This document shows, one piece after another, positions 17,282-26,310 of a stretch of DNA of 49,691 nucleotides. The stretch comes from Clostridia bacterium (GTDB lineage: Bacteria; Bacillota; Clostridia; UBA1212; UBA1255): the NCBI GenBank assembly GCA_017963755.1, contig JAGCTF010000113.1, positions 1 through 49,691 on the forward strand, given 5' to 3'. Below the pieces are notes generated by a model that made no database searches, was not told the origin of the DNA, and saw only the letters and a program-made list of their open reading frames with translations. A program made the position numbers and the translations under genes. The first letter of the stretch is position 1, and every line of letters begins with the position of its first letter.

Positions 17282-19822
17282 TTATCTCATGACCTCAAAC
17301 GTGTATTTTCCGCACGCAAGGTCGATCTTCAGTTTGGAACCGTCCCTCTCGAAATCCGAAACGGGGCTCACTGTGCCGTTGCACGTGATCGTGCCCGCAT
17401 TTTCGTCAAACACAGGCAGATAGAGCGTCGCGTACGCACCCTGCGGGATAGAAACGTTGTACACGAAAGCATCACTTTCCATTGACCACGAAGCGGCGAT
17501 CTCGCCGGCGACGGAATTGTAATGTCCTTTCACCCACGTGATGTGCTCCTGCCCTTCGGGCATCTCTTCCGCAGTTCTGGTGTCCGGAGTAGGTCTTAAA
17601 ATGATGTGGCGGAAGCCGGGATCGTCCTCGTCGTTATCGATGCCGAGCATGTACTTGTACATCCATTCCTGAACGGAGCCGTAGGCGTAGTGGTTGAAAG
17701 AGTTCATACCCACGTCGCCGAAACCTTTTTCAAGCGTGTACGAATTCCAGCGCTCCCAGATCGTCGTCGCACCCTGATAGACGCTGTAAAGCCAGGAAGG
17801 ATTGCCCTTCTGGAGCAGCAGCGAGTACGCGAGATTGTCCATGCCGAATTCGCTGAGAGACACGTTAAGAATACCAGTACCGACGAAACCGGTGCTGAGT
17901 TTATAGCCGTTGTCAACGATCTTTTTCGCCAGGATGCGTTTTGCTTCTTCTACGTACGAATCCGGAACAAGTCCGTACCTGAGCCCGAGCAGATAAGCGG
18001 TCTGCGAAGTCTCGGTAAGTTTTCCGCGCTTGAAGTACATTTTCTTGAAATAGCGTCTGATCCGCTCGTAAAGTTTGCGGTACGAAGCGGCTTTGCGGGT
18101 CTTTCCGAGCAGTGCGGAAAGTTTCTCCATAATAAGAGCGTCGTACGCGTAGTAGCAGATGCAGATATAACGCTTATCGGTCGGTTCGTACGCCAGCCAG
18201 TCGCCGTAGCCGGGGTTGGGGCCGTTCAGACCGAAATTCGAAAGATAATTCATATATTTTACGAGCGAAGGATAAGTATCTTTAACGATCTTAACGTCGC
18301 CGTACATCCTGTACATCGTATAGGCGGCAATGACCGGCGCGTCTCCCCACGCCGCGTTGCCCTCGCCTACGACGCGCACTCTCGGCACTACGTCGGAGAA
18401 AGCTCCGGCTTCGCTCTGGCTGTCTGCGGCGTCAACGAGCCATTTGCGGAAGAAGTCGAGCACGTTGGCGTTGTAAGCGGCGGTGCCGCAGAATATCTGC
18501 GTGTCTCCCGTCCAGCCGAGTCTTTCGTCGCGCTGCGGGCAGTCGGTCGGGACGGTAAGGTAATTTCCTCTCTGGCCCCAGAGAATGTTGGAAATGAGTT
18601 TGTTAACGTCTTTCGAAGAGGTCTCGATCGAGCCGGTCTCGACGTTATCGGATCCTACGACGTCCGCTTTGAGCGCCTTGATCTCGACGTCTGCGTCTGC
18701 GGTGAGTTCGATATATCTGAAGCCGTAGAACGTGAACATCGGATGGTACGATTCGTCTCCCGCGCCGCTTAAAATATATGTTCCGCGCGCTTTCGCACTG
18801 CGGTAGTTAGCCGTGTAAACGGAGCCCTCGGGACCGTCGTTGCCCCTGCTCTTAAGGCCGGAGTCGTTGAGCATTTCGGCGTACCTTGTGGTGATGCGGG
18901 TGCCTTTCTTTCCGGAAACGGTGAAATTGACCCAGCCTACCATATTCTGACCCATGTCGTATATGAACTTTTCGCCTTTTTTAAGCGTCACAGCGCCTGG
19001 CTTTTTAACGGTCGCGCTGACGATTATTTTACCGAAATCCGTCCCGTCAGAAGTATCGACGTCGGTGTAGCGCGTAAGTTTTACAGGCTTCATCGTTATG
19101 CGTCTGATCCTTACCGGAGGCGCGACGTTCCTGGTGACGATGCCGTTAAAATTCTCATATTTCTGGACTTTTTCCCAGCCCTGCGTTCTCTTTCCGGGAA
19201 GTGACAATTCTTCGAATGACGTTCTTGCAGCGTCGTACACTTCGCCGTCCCAGATGTCTGCGGCAATTACCGGTCCGGTGATCTTTGCGTCCCAGTCGGT
19301 GTCAGTAGTGATCGTCTGCTTCGTGCCGTCTTCATATTCGAGCTCGAGCACCGCGTTGAATGCGACTTTGTGCGTTCCGTACGTGTTGAAAGAAATCCTG
19401 CCCTGATACCAGCCGTTCGAGACCGGTGCGATCAGGCAGTTTACACCGTCTTCGGAAAGGAACGGCGTAAGGTTGTATGTATAGAAAAGTGTGCGTTTAT
19501 GGAAGTCAGTCCAGCCCGGCTTGAGTTCGTCGTATTTATAGCCGTTTCCGCTCTTTTTACCTACGCGCTTTCCGTTCATAAAAAGTTCGAAGCAGCCAAG
19601 CGCCGTTGCGTATACGGTGCATTTTACGGGCTTTTTAGCGGCGGTCCCGAATTTCTTCCGGAATACCGGAAGTCCGTTTCCTACGTCGATATCGCTGTAC
19701 CTGTCCCACGGCTTCTCTCCGGACCACGCGTTAGCGATCTCGGCCTTCTCTTTCTCGCACTGGTTATCATTCAGCGCGATCCAGGTGCTGTTTAAAAATC
19801 TTCTGTCAGACTTCTGAATCAA
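17282..19822 (-). CDS. Alpha-L-rhamnosidase, glycoside hydrolase family 78, cytoplasmic
   Basis: Hallmark PTDCPQRDERLGWTGDTQIF, GDWL and ATTIWERW segments. The TTG start overlaps the trmFO stop (TTGA), with GGAG about 8 nt upstream. There is no signal peptide. Confidence 0.9.
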   Translation of the reverse strand: MIQKSDRRFLNSTWIALNDNQCEKEKAEIANAWSGEKPWDRYSDIDVGNGLPVFRKKFGTAAKKPVKCTVYATALGCFELFMNGKRVGKKSGNGYKYDELKPGWTDFHKRTLFYTYNLTPFLSEDGVNCLIAPVSNGWYQGRISFNTYGTHKVAFNAVLELEYEDGTKQTITTDTDWDAKITGPVIAADIWDGEVYDAARTSFEELSLPGKRTQGWEKVQKYENFNGIVTRNVAPPVRIRRITMKPVKLTRYTDVDTSDGTDFGKIIVSATVKKPGAVTLKKGEKFIYDMGQNMVGWVNFTVSGKKGTRITTRYAEMLNDSGLKSRGNDGPEGSVYTANYRSAKARGTYILSGAGDESYHPMFTFYGFRYIELTADADVEIKALKADVVGSDNVETGSIETSSKDVNKLISNILWGQRGNYLTVPTDCPQRDERLGWTGDTQIFCGTAAYNANVLDFFRKWLVDAADSQSEAGAFSDVVPRVRVVGEGNAAWGDAPVIAAYTMYRMYGDVKIVKDTYPSLVKYMNYLSNFGLNGPNPGYGDWLAYEPTDKRYICICYYAYDALIMEKLSALLGKTRKAASYRKLYERIRRYFKKMYFKRGKLTETSQTAYLLGLRYGLVPDSYVEEAKRILAKKIVDNGYKLSTGFVGTGILNVSLSEFGMDNLAYSLLLQKGNPSWLYSVYQGATTIWERWNSYTLEKGFGDVGMNSFNHYAYGSVQEWMYKYMLGIDNDEDDPGFRHIILRPTPDTRTAEEMPEGQEHITWVKGHYNSVAGEIAASWSMESDAFVYNVSIPQGAYATLYLPVFDENAGTITCNGTVSPVSDFERDGSKLKIDLACGKYTFEVMR

Positions 19823-21183
19823 AACAAATCACTCCTATCTGTTTTTATATGGTTAAGTATATCCAAAGCGCTCTTTGAAATCAATTCTTTTTTGCGTTTT
19901 TTATCACGTATTTTGAAGGAGCCTCCCGGAAGGACAGGCGTCATAATGCCGAAATTCGCCCCCATAGGCTGAAAATCCGCCCCGCCGTAGCCGGCAGCAT
20001 AAGCTCCCAGAGCACCGACCTGCGTTCCTGCGCCGGGGATGAAAGGCCTGAGGCCGTTCAGAATGCAATATGCGTTGATGCCGGCAATAAGTCCTGATGA
20101 AGCCGATTCGATGTAGCCTTCGACGCCCGTGATCTGTCCCGCGAAAAATACCGGCACGTGACCTTCCTCTCCCGGGATGCTTTTCTTCAGCATGTACGTC
20201 TCGTCAAGCAGTCCCGGAGATCTTATGTACGTGTTTTTATGCATTACGCCGTACCGCGCATATTCGGCGTTCTCCAGCCCCGGGATCATTCCGAAAACGC
20301 GCTTCTGCTCCCCGAATTTAAGTCTCGTCTGGAACCCGACTATATTGTAAAGCGTATCCGCGCTGTCGTCGCGCCTGAGCTGTACAACGGCATAATAGCG
20401 CTCATTCGTGCCCGGTCTCGTGATACCTACGGGCTTCATAGGGCCGTATCTCAAAGTATCGAAACCGCGCCTGGCCATGACTTCTACAGGCATACAGCCT
20501 TCGTATACGCAGTCATTGTCGAAATCCTTGACCTCGGCGCACTGCGCGTTGATCAGTTCGTTATAGAACGCGGCGTATTCACCTTCAGTCATCGGGCAGT
20601 TGATATAATCCGAATCGCCTTTGCCGTACCTTGATGCGTAAAATGCCTTGCCGAAATCGACGCTTTCTTTATAAACCACCGGCGCTGCGGCATCAAAAAA
20701 GCTGAGAGAATCCTCTCCCAGCTTGTTTTTAATATCATTTGAAAGTGCCTCGTCTGTAAGAGGCCCGGTCGCGATGATCACCGCCTGCGCGTCCGGCAGC
20801 GATGTGATTTCGTCAATGCTTTCCACCGTCCTGCTCAGTATTTCCACTTGCGGTTCATTCTGAAGCCATTGGGTCACAAGTCCGGCGAATATTTCGCGGT
20901 CAACGGCCAGCGCTCCCCCGGCCGGGACGGTGCTTTCATCGGCGCATCTGAGCACAAGTGAATTCAGGACCCGCATCTCCTCCTTAAGGAGGCCTGAAGC
21001 GGTATTAACGTCCGATGATTTGAACGAATTACTGCACACCAGCTCGCACAGCTTTTCGCTCACGTGAGCCGGTGAATACTTTTCCGGTTTCATGTCGATC
21101 AGCTTAACGCGCACGTTTCTCGCAGCGAGCTGATACGCCGCTTCACAACCCGCAAATCCGCCGCCGACGATATAAACAGCCAT
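19819..21183 (-). CDS. trmFO: Methylenetetrahydrofolate--tRNA-(uracil-5-)-methyltransferase
   Basis: VYIVGGGFAGCEAAYQLA FAD-binding N-terminus, CSNSFKS, GQITGVEGYIESASSGLIAG. The position after topA is conserved. Confidence 0.95.
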   Translation of the reverse strand: MAVYIVGGGFAGCEAAYQLAARNVRVKLIDMKPEKYSPAHVSEKLCELVCSNSFKSSDVNTASGLLKEEMRVLNSLVLRCADESTVPAGGALAVDREIFAGLVTQWLQNEPQVEILSRTVESIDEITSLPDAQAVIIATGPLTDEALSNDIKNKLGEDSLSFFDAAAPVVYKESVDFGKAFYASRYGKGDSDYINCPMTEGEYAAFYNELINAQCAEVKDFDNDCVYEGCMPVEVMARRGFDTLRYGPMKPVGITRPGTNERYYAVVQLRRDDSADTLYNIVGFQTRLKFGEQKRVFGMIPGLENAEYARYGVMHKNTYIRSPGLLDETYMLKKSIPGEEGHVPVFFAGQITGVEGYIESASSGLIAGINAYCILNGLRPFIPGAGTQVGALGAYAAGYGGADFQPMGANFGIMTPVLPGGSFKIRDKKRKKELISKSALDILNHIKTDRSDLF

Positions 21184-23297
21184 TACGTTTCATCCTTCTT
21201 CTTTTTGCCGTAAGACTTATAATCGCATTCTTTATTGCTGCACGTTACGAACCGCCTGCCTGCCTTGCTGAATGCATACTCAAGGTGTTTTCCGCACTTC
21301 GGGCACTTTTCGCCGGTCGGTACGTTCCAGGATATAAATTTGCATTCGGGATAACCGCTGCAGCCTATGTATTTTTTACCCGCCTTGCTCTTATGGTAAA
21401 CGAGAGGCTTCCCGCAGTCGGGGCAGTTCACGCCTACGTTCTCGGTGATGTTCTTGGTATTTTTACATTCCGGATAGCCGGGGCAGGCCAGAAATCTTCC
21501 GAATCTTCCCTGCTTATAAACCATCAGTCTGCCGCACTTTTCGCATTTGACGTCGCTCACTTCGTCAGGCACTTTCATACGGTCGGTCTCCTCGATCGCA
21601 TTCTTGAGTTCCTTTGAAAAGCCGTCGTAGAAGTCGCTTATAACTCCGGTCCACTGTTTCTCGCCCTGCGCTATCTTATCGAGTTCTTCCTCGATACCGG
21701 CCGTAAACGAAACGTCGACAATATTCGGAAACGCGCCGTTAAGGTATTTGTTCACCGTCTTTCCGAGTTCGGTGGGGACAAGCAGTTTTTTCTCTCTTAC
21801 GACGTAATCGCGCGTGAATACTACCGAAATGATCTGCGCATACGTACTCGGCCTTCCTACGCCGTATTCAGTAAGCGTTTTTATAAGCGAAGCTTCAGTA
21901 TATCTGCTGGGGGGCTGTGTGAATTTCTGCTCGGGCGTCACACGCTCGAGGTCAAGTTTTTCGCCTTCCGAAAGCGGCGGCAATTTAACGTTTTCTTCGC
22001 TCTCCGTATCCTGGCGTTCTTCGTAGAGTTTCGTAAATCCGGGGAAAACGGGCACCGAACCGCTTGCTTTGAAGAGGCTGTTTCCGGCGGTGATATCCAC
22101 GTTGCACACTTCGAATACAGCGTCCGCCATCTGGCTCGCTATGAAGCGGTCATATATGAGCTTGTAAAGTCTGTACTGATCGTTCGTCAGCTTCGACTTG
22201 ATCTTTTCTGGCGTAAAATCGATATGCGTCGGGCGGATCGCTTCATGCGCGTCCTGCGCCGCGTTCTTATTTTTGTACACGCGTTTGAATCCGGGCACGT
22301 ATTTGTCCCCGTACACTTCTTTAATATGTGCGACAGCGGCAGCCTGCGCTTCGTCCGAAATACGCGTAGAGTCTGTCCTTATATACGTTACAAGACCCGT
22401 GCCGCCGGAAGCATCGACGGAAACGCCTTCATACAGCGACTGAACTACGGACATTGTCTTGGCAGACGGAAAATTGAGGCGCCTTGACGCTTCCTGCTGA
22501 AGCGTACTCGTAATAAACGGAGGCGCGGGAGACTTCTTCTTTTTAGTTGTCTTAACCGACTTGACTTCAAAAACAGCGTTCCTGACGTCTTCGAGGACTT
22601 TGTCCGCCGCTTCTTTATTTGCAATATTCTTTTTCTTTCCGTCAAGCCCGCCGTAATATCTCGCCTTGAATCTGTCCGAATCTTTTTTAGGATCCGTCTG
22701 CTTTGAAAGCTCTGCCTCGATGCTCCAGTACTCTTTCGGAACGAACGCTTCGATCTCGGCTTCCCTGTCGCATATCAGCCTGAGCACGACCGACTGCACG
22801 CGGCCTGCGCTAAGGCCTTTCTTAACCTTGCGCCACAGCACCGGGCTTATCTGATACCCGACCAGGCGGTCAAGCACTCTTCTCGCCTGATACGCATCCA
22901 CCAGGTTCAGGTCAACTGCCCTGGGTTCTTTTACGGATTCCTGCACGACGTTCTTCGTGATCTCGTGGAAAGTAACGCGGCACACGGATGCGTTGTCGAT
23001 TCCGAGCAGGTATTCAAGGTGCCAGGCGATCGCTTCTCCCTCGCGGTCAGGGTCCGTCGCGATCAGCACTTTCTTCGCAGCCGCAGCGTCATCTTTAAGC
23101 ATCTTGATAATATCCGCCTTGCCGCGGATGTTAACGTACTGCGGCGCGAATCCGCCGTCAATATCTATAGCAAGCTTCGTCGCCGGGAGATCGCGCAGAT
23201 GTCCCACGCACGCGTCAACTTTATATTTGCTTCCAAGAAAGCGTCCTATGTTCTTCGCTTTGGAAGGAGATTCTACAATTACAAGATAATCAGCCAT
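21183..23297 (-). CDS. topA: DNA topoisomerase I
   Basis: LVIVESPSKAKNIGRFLG Toprim start, DPDREGEAIAWH, the active-site region LVTYIRTDS, and C-terminal CxxC zinc ribbons (CEKCGR, CPDCGK, CPKCGK). Confidence 0.97.
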   Translation of the reverse strand: MADYLVIVESPSKAKNIGRFLGSKYKVDACVGHLRDLPATKLAIDIDGGFAPQYVNIRGKADIIKMLKDDAAAAKKVLIATDPDREGEAIAWHLEYLLGIDNASVCRVTFHEITKNVVQESVKEPRAVDLNLVDAYQARRVLDRLVGYQISPVLWRKVKKGLSAGRVQSVVLRLICDREAEIEAFVPKEYWSIEAELSKQTDPKKDSDRFKARYYGGLDGKKKNIANKEAADKVLEDVRNAVFEVKSVKTTKKKKSPAPPFITSTLQQEASRRLNFPSAKTMSVVQSLYEGVSVDASGGTGLVTYIRTDSTRISDEAQAAAVAHIKEVYGDKYVPGFKRVYKNKNAAQDAHEAIRPTHIDFTPEKIKSKLTNDQYRLYKLIYDRFIASQMADAVFEVCNVDITAGNSLFKASGSVPVFPGFTKLYEERQDTESEENVKLPPLSEGEKLDLERVTPEQKFTQPPSRYTEASLIKTLTEYGVGRPSTYAQIISVVFTRDYVVREKKLLVPTELGKTVNKYLNGAFPNIVDVSFTAGIEEELDKIAQGEKQWTGVISDFYDGFSKELKNAIEETDRMKVPDEVSDVKCEKCGRLMVYKQGRFGRFLACPGYPECKNTKNITENVGVNCPDCGKPLVYHKSKAGKKYIGCSGYPECKFISWNVPTGEKCPKCGKHLEYAFSKAGRRFVTCSNKECDYKSYGKKKKDET

Positions 23298-23330
23298 CGA
23301 TCACAACTCCAATATTAATTTGACTTTTTT

Positions 23331-23359
23331 ATAATACACTTCAAAGTTCAAGGTGTAAA
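23331..23359 (-). promoter_or_regulatory. Candidate sigma-A promoter for topA-trmFO
   Basis: The minus strand reads TTTACA - 17 nt - TATTAT (tttacaccttgaactttgaagtgtattat), about 35 nt upstream of the topA ATG. Confidence 0.55.
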
Positions 23360-23394
23360 GAAGATTTTAAACGCGATTTTAAATGCCCACGCTT

Positions 23395-23429
23395 CTGAAC
23401 TCATAACTCATAACTCTTAACTCGCCCTG
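23395..23429. repeat. Heptamer repeat of the CTGAACT family (4-5 units) overlapping the dprA stop codon
   Basis: ctgaact cataact cataact cttaact cgccctg. The dprA TAA (23417-23419, minus strand) lies inside the fourth unit. The heptamer family is the same as at 14097-14131. Confidence 0.8.
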
Positions 23430-24553
23430 AACATCCCCATCGTCACATTCTTTATGAGTCCCCTTACTTCCAGAAGAGTCAAAGCCGCGGCGACTTCGCT
23501 TATATCTATCTGTACCGAAGCGGCGATCTCGTCTGCGGTCGAAGCGCCGTGCAGGATCGCATTATAGACAGCGTTCTGCGGATAAGGCAGCCCCGCCGCG
23601 GAGCCGTTTCCGGGCTTTCTCTTGACTGCATTTTCATCTATGATACCGAGTTCTTCGAGGATGATCCCGACGTCGAGCGCACAGACCGCACCCTGACGGA
23701 TAAGTTCGTTGGCCCCGTACGCCATAGGATTTCTCACGTCGCCCGGAATCGCAAAAACGATCCTGTCAGCCTCGAGCGCTCTGTCAGCGGTTATCAGCGC
23801 ACCGCTCTTTTTAGCCGCTTCGACTACTATCACAGCATCACTGAGGCCGGCAATAATTCTGTTGCGCGCAGGAAAGAGCTGCTTGCACGGAGCGGTCCCG
23901 GGAGGAGATTCGGACATGACACAGCCGCCGGACCGGATGATCCGGTTATACATATTCCTGTGTTCGGGCGGATAGATAACGTCGGCCCCGGAAGCCAGGA
24001 CCGCGGTTGTCCTGCCTCCGGCTTTAAGGGCCCCTGTGTGGGCGGCACCGTCGCAGCCGCGGGCAAGGCCGGAAACGATATTGACGCCTCTTTTTGAAAG
24101 CTCGTACGAAAAAGATTCGGCGTTCGCCTCTCCCGAAACCGAGCAATGCCTTGACCCTACGACCGCAACAGATATGCCGCCTTCGCTGAAATCCTCTTCA
24201 TTTATTTCACCGTAATAATACAGCACCAGCGGGCAGGCGGAAGGCAGATTCCGGAGCTTGTAAGGATAATTTCCGTCGTTCAGAGTAACGGTCTTCATCC
24301 CTCGCTCCGCCGCCTTATTGCTTATGTCGGCCGCCTGCGCGGCAAGGCCCGGATCGGCAAAAGCGGTCAATACATTTTCGTAAGCACGTATCGACTCGGG
24401 TTTCCTGCCCGCAAGGAAAGCGTTGTAAATTCCCTCCGCGGAGCCGTATTCCTTTAAAAGCAGGCTGTATATAAGATAATTCGGTTTCCCGAGCAGGCTG
24501 AGCCATATCATCACCGAAGTGCCGTTGATTTCACGCAGCATTTTCAGCAGCAC
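23417..24553 (-). CDS. dprA: DNA-processing protein DprA (Smf)
   Basis: Rossmann-like core VAVVGSRHCS..YG...A..L...L...GV.IVSGLARGCDGAAH...L..GG.T.AVLASG.D.IYP.EH, plus a C-terminal winged-helix region. The true start may be an internal Met (MIWLSLLG). Confidence 0.9.
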   Translation of the reverse strand: MLLKMLREINGTSVMIWLSLLGKPNYLIYSLLLKEYGSAEGIYNAFLAGRKPESIRAYENVLTAFADPGLAAQAADISNKAAERGMKTVTLNDGNYPYKLRNLPSACPLVLYYYGEINEEDFSEGGISVAVVGSRHCSVSGEANAESFSYELSKRGVNIVSGLARGCDGAAHTGALKAGGRTTAVLASGADVIYPPEHRNMYNRIIRSGGCVMSESPPGTAPCKQLFPARNRIIAGLSDAVIVVEAAKKSGALITADRALEADRIVFAIPGDVRNPMAYGANELIRQGAVCALDVGIILEELGIIDENAVKRKPGNGSAAGLPYPQNAVYNAILHGASTADEIAASVQIDISEVAAALTLLEVRGLIKNVTMGMFRAS

Positions 24554-26081
24554 CTCCTTCTCCGAACAGGCGCCGGTCGATCATCCTGTACTGCACCGCT
24601 TCGGCCATATCGCCCTCAGTCACCTTTGCGTGACCGTTCAGATCCGCAATCGTACCCGCGAGCGCCTTAAGCTTATTATATGCTCTGATACTTAGCGAAA
24701 GATATTCCGCAGAGCGCATAAGCAGTCTTTCCGAGCCGCTTTCAAATTCCAGCACGTTATTTAGTTCGTCACTCCCGAGGCGCGAATAAGTATGCGCTTT
24801 AAACCCTTTAAAAGCAATTTTTTCACGCTGAAGCGCGCGCACAGCACATACTCTGTTCCTGATCATCTCCGCCGGTTCGGAATCGTCGGACCTGATCTCG
24901 GCATAACCGGGCGTTTTAACCGGAATATGGATATCGATCCTGTCAAGCACAGGCCTGGATATTTTTTCGAGAGTATGATTTATCATTTTAGGCGTACAGG
25001 TACATTTCTCGGGTCCTTCAAGGAGATTCCCGCACCTGCATGGATTCATCGCGCATATGAGCAAAAAATCCGAAGGAAGCTTCTCGATATGACCAACTCT
25101 TGAAACGGTCACCTCTCCGAGATCCATCGGCTGCCTTAGCGAATCGATCACGGCGCGGTCAATTTCAGTCGCTTCGTCGAGAAACAGTACGCCTCTGTGC
25201 GAAAGCGATATTTCGCCGGGGACAACAGGTCTGCCGCCCCCTATCAGTGCCGTTTTAGTTACCCCGGTATGCACTTCACGGAAAGGAGGTTCGCGAATCA
25301 CCGGATGCTCTTCATTGATAAGCCCGCAGAGGCTGTACATAGAAGTGACGTCGTACACGTCCTGTTTCTCAAGTGGAGGCATGATCGAACGAATGCTGTG
25401 GGCAAGCATCGTCTTCCCGCTGCCTACTGCGCCGAGCATAAGCAGATTGTGTTTTCCCGCGGCGGCAATTTCAACGGCCCTCTTGGCCGTTTTATGGCCT
25501 TTTATCTCCGCGATGGAAAGAAACCCGTCCTGAGCGCAAAAATCGCTCAGCGAGCCGTTTAACGGCATTTTTTCGCGTTTTGAGATGACAGCCAGATCGT
25601 CCAGGCGTGATATGGGCCAGATCCGCAGCCCATCGAGGCATAAAACCTCATTAACGTTGCCTTCCGGGATAACAACGTCATTGATCCCGTTCTTCTGTGC
25701 AAACACGCACATTGAAAATACGCCCGCGACGTTTTTTACCATTCCGTCTAAAGACAGTTCGCCGATCAGCGCAAAATTATTGAATGCCTCCGCGTCGATA
25801 ATACCCGACGCTGACATAAGACCCGCCGCTATCGCGACGTCAAATCCCGTTCCTTCTTTTCTGAAATCCGAAGGAGCCAGATTTACGGTTATCCTCCCTT
25901 TCGGGAGTTCAAAGCCGCTGTTTTTTATCGCAGCGCATACCCTGTTTTTGGATTCTTTTACCGATGCTCCCGCGAGTCCGATTATACTGAACTCACGGAT
26001 GCCGGGCGTGATAAATGTTTCTACAGAAGTCAGCATACCAGTGACTCCGCTCAAACAGACCGAATTAAATCGAGTGATCAT
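24531..26081 (-). CDS. comM: YifB/ComM-family Mg-chelatase-like AAA+ ATPase
   Basis: N-terminal Lon-protease-like domain, Walker A LMLGAVGSGKTMLA, GVLFLDEATEI, and the C-terminal ChlI-type segment. I prefer the ATG at 26081 (GGAGG 8 nt upstream) over the TTG at 26099. Confidence 0.9.
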   Translation of the reverse strand: MITRFNSVCLSGVTGMLTSVETFITPGIREFSIIGLAGASVKESKNRVCAAIKNSGFELPKGRITVNLAPSDFRKEGTGFDVAIAAGLMSASGIIDAEAFNNFALIGELSLDGMVKNVAGVFSMCVFAQKNGINDVVIPEGNVNEVLCLDGLRIWPISRLDDLAVISKREKMPLNGSLSDFCAQDGFLSIAEIKGHKTAKRAVEIAAAGKHNLLMLGAVGSGKTMLAHSIRSIMPPLEKQDVYDVTSMYSLCGLINEEHPVIREPPFREVHTGVTKTALIGGGRPVVPGEISLSHRGVLFLDEATEIDRAVIDSLRQPMDLGEVTVSRVGHIEKLPSDFLLICAMNPCRCGNLLEGPEKCTCTPKMINHTLEKISRPVLDRIDIHIPVKTPGYAEIRSDDSEPAEMIRNRVCAVRALQREKIAFKGFKAHTYSRLGSDELNNVLEFESGSERLLMRSAEYLSLSIRAYNKLKALAGTIADLNGHAKVTEGDMAEAVQYRMIDRRLFGEGGAAENAA

Positions 26082-26150
26082 TTTCCGAACCTCCGGCAAT
26101 TAGTCAGCCATGTGTCGGCTGCAGGGTCGAAGATACCACTCCGGTGCCGC

Positions 26151-26187
26151 AGAAAGCAAATATTTCCGGAGTATTTCTCCGGAAATA
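26151..26187 (-). terminator. Candidate rho-independent terminator of nrdR
   Basis: Perfect 11-bp inverted repeat tatttccggag / ctccggaaata (26161-26171 and 26177-26187) with a 5-nt loop. On the minus strand it is followed by TTTGCTTTCT. Confidence 0.5.
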
Positions 26188-26220
26188 TCTGGTAATATTT
26201 TTTGCGCTTTATTTTCGTGT

Positions 26221-26310
26221 ATTTCCGGAACAGTTCCGGAGTTTTCCGAAGTTTTCCGGACATTTCCGGAGTTCTCCGGGCTTTTCCGGCCTTCAGCGGC
26301 CTTTTCCCTC
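26221..26310. repeat. Nine tandem 10-bp units with a TTCCGGA core, strictly 10-bp phased, from the nrdR 3' end into its 3' UTR
   Basis: Plus-strand blocks: atttccggaa cagttccgga gttttccgaa gttttccgga catttccgga gttctccggg cttttccggc cttcagcggc cttttccctc. The nrdR stop is at 26293-26295. Confidence 0.9.

Noticed and set aside
17606-18772. Long antisense ORFs opposite real genes: 17606..18772, 30192..31184, 44782..45780, 15696..16382, 16454..17230, 8699..9217 and 35358..36107.
   Set aside because: Each lies entirely inside a gene with strong family motifs on the other strand. Their translations are low-complexity (Arg/Ala/Gly/Val-rich) and they have no RBS. These are the shadow ORFs typical of GC-rich coding DNA.
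26082-26099. TTG at 26099 as the comM start, with similar upstream ORF-track extensions for nrdR, glgA, glgD, the TPM gene, the SorE-like gene and the small ORF.
   Set aside because: In each case an internal ATG is preceded by a GGAGG-type RBS at 6-9 nt and aligns with the conserved family N-terminus. The longer versions add non-conserved residues with no RBS.
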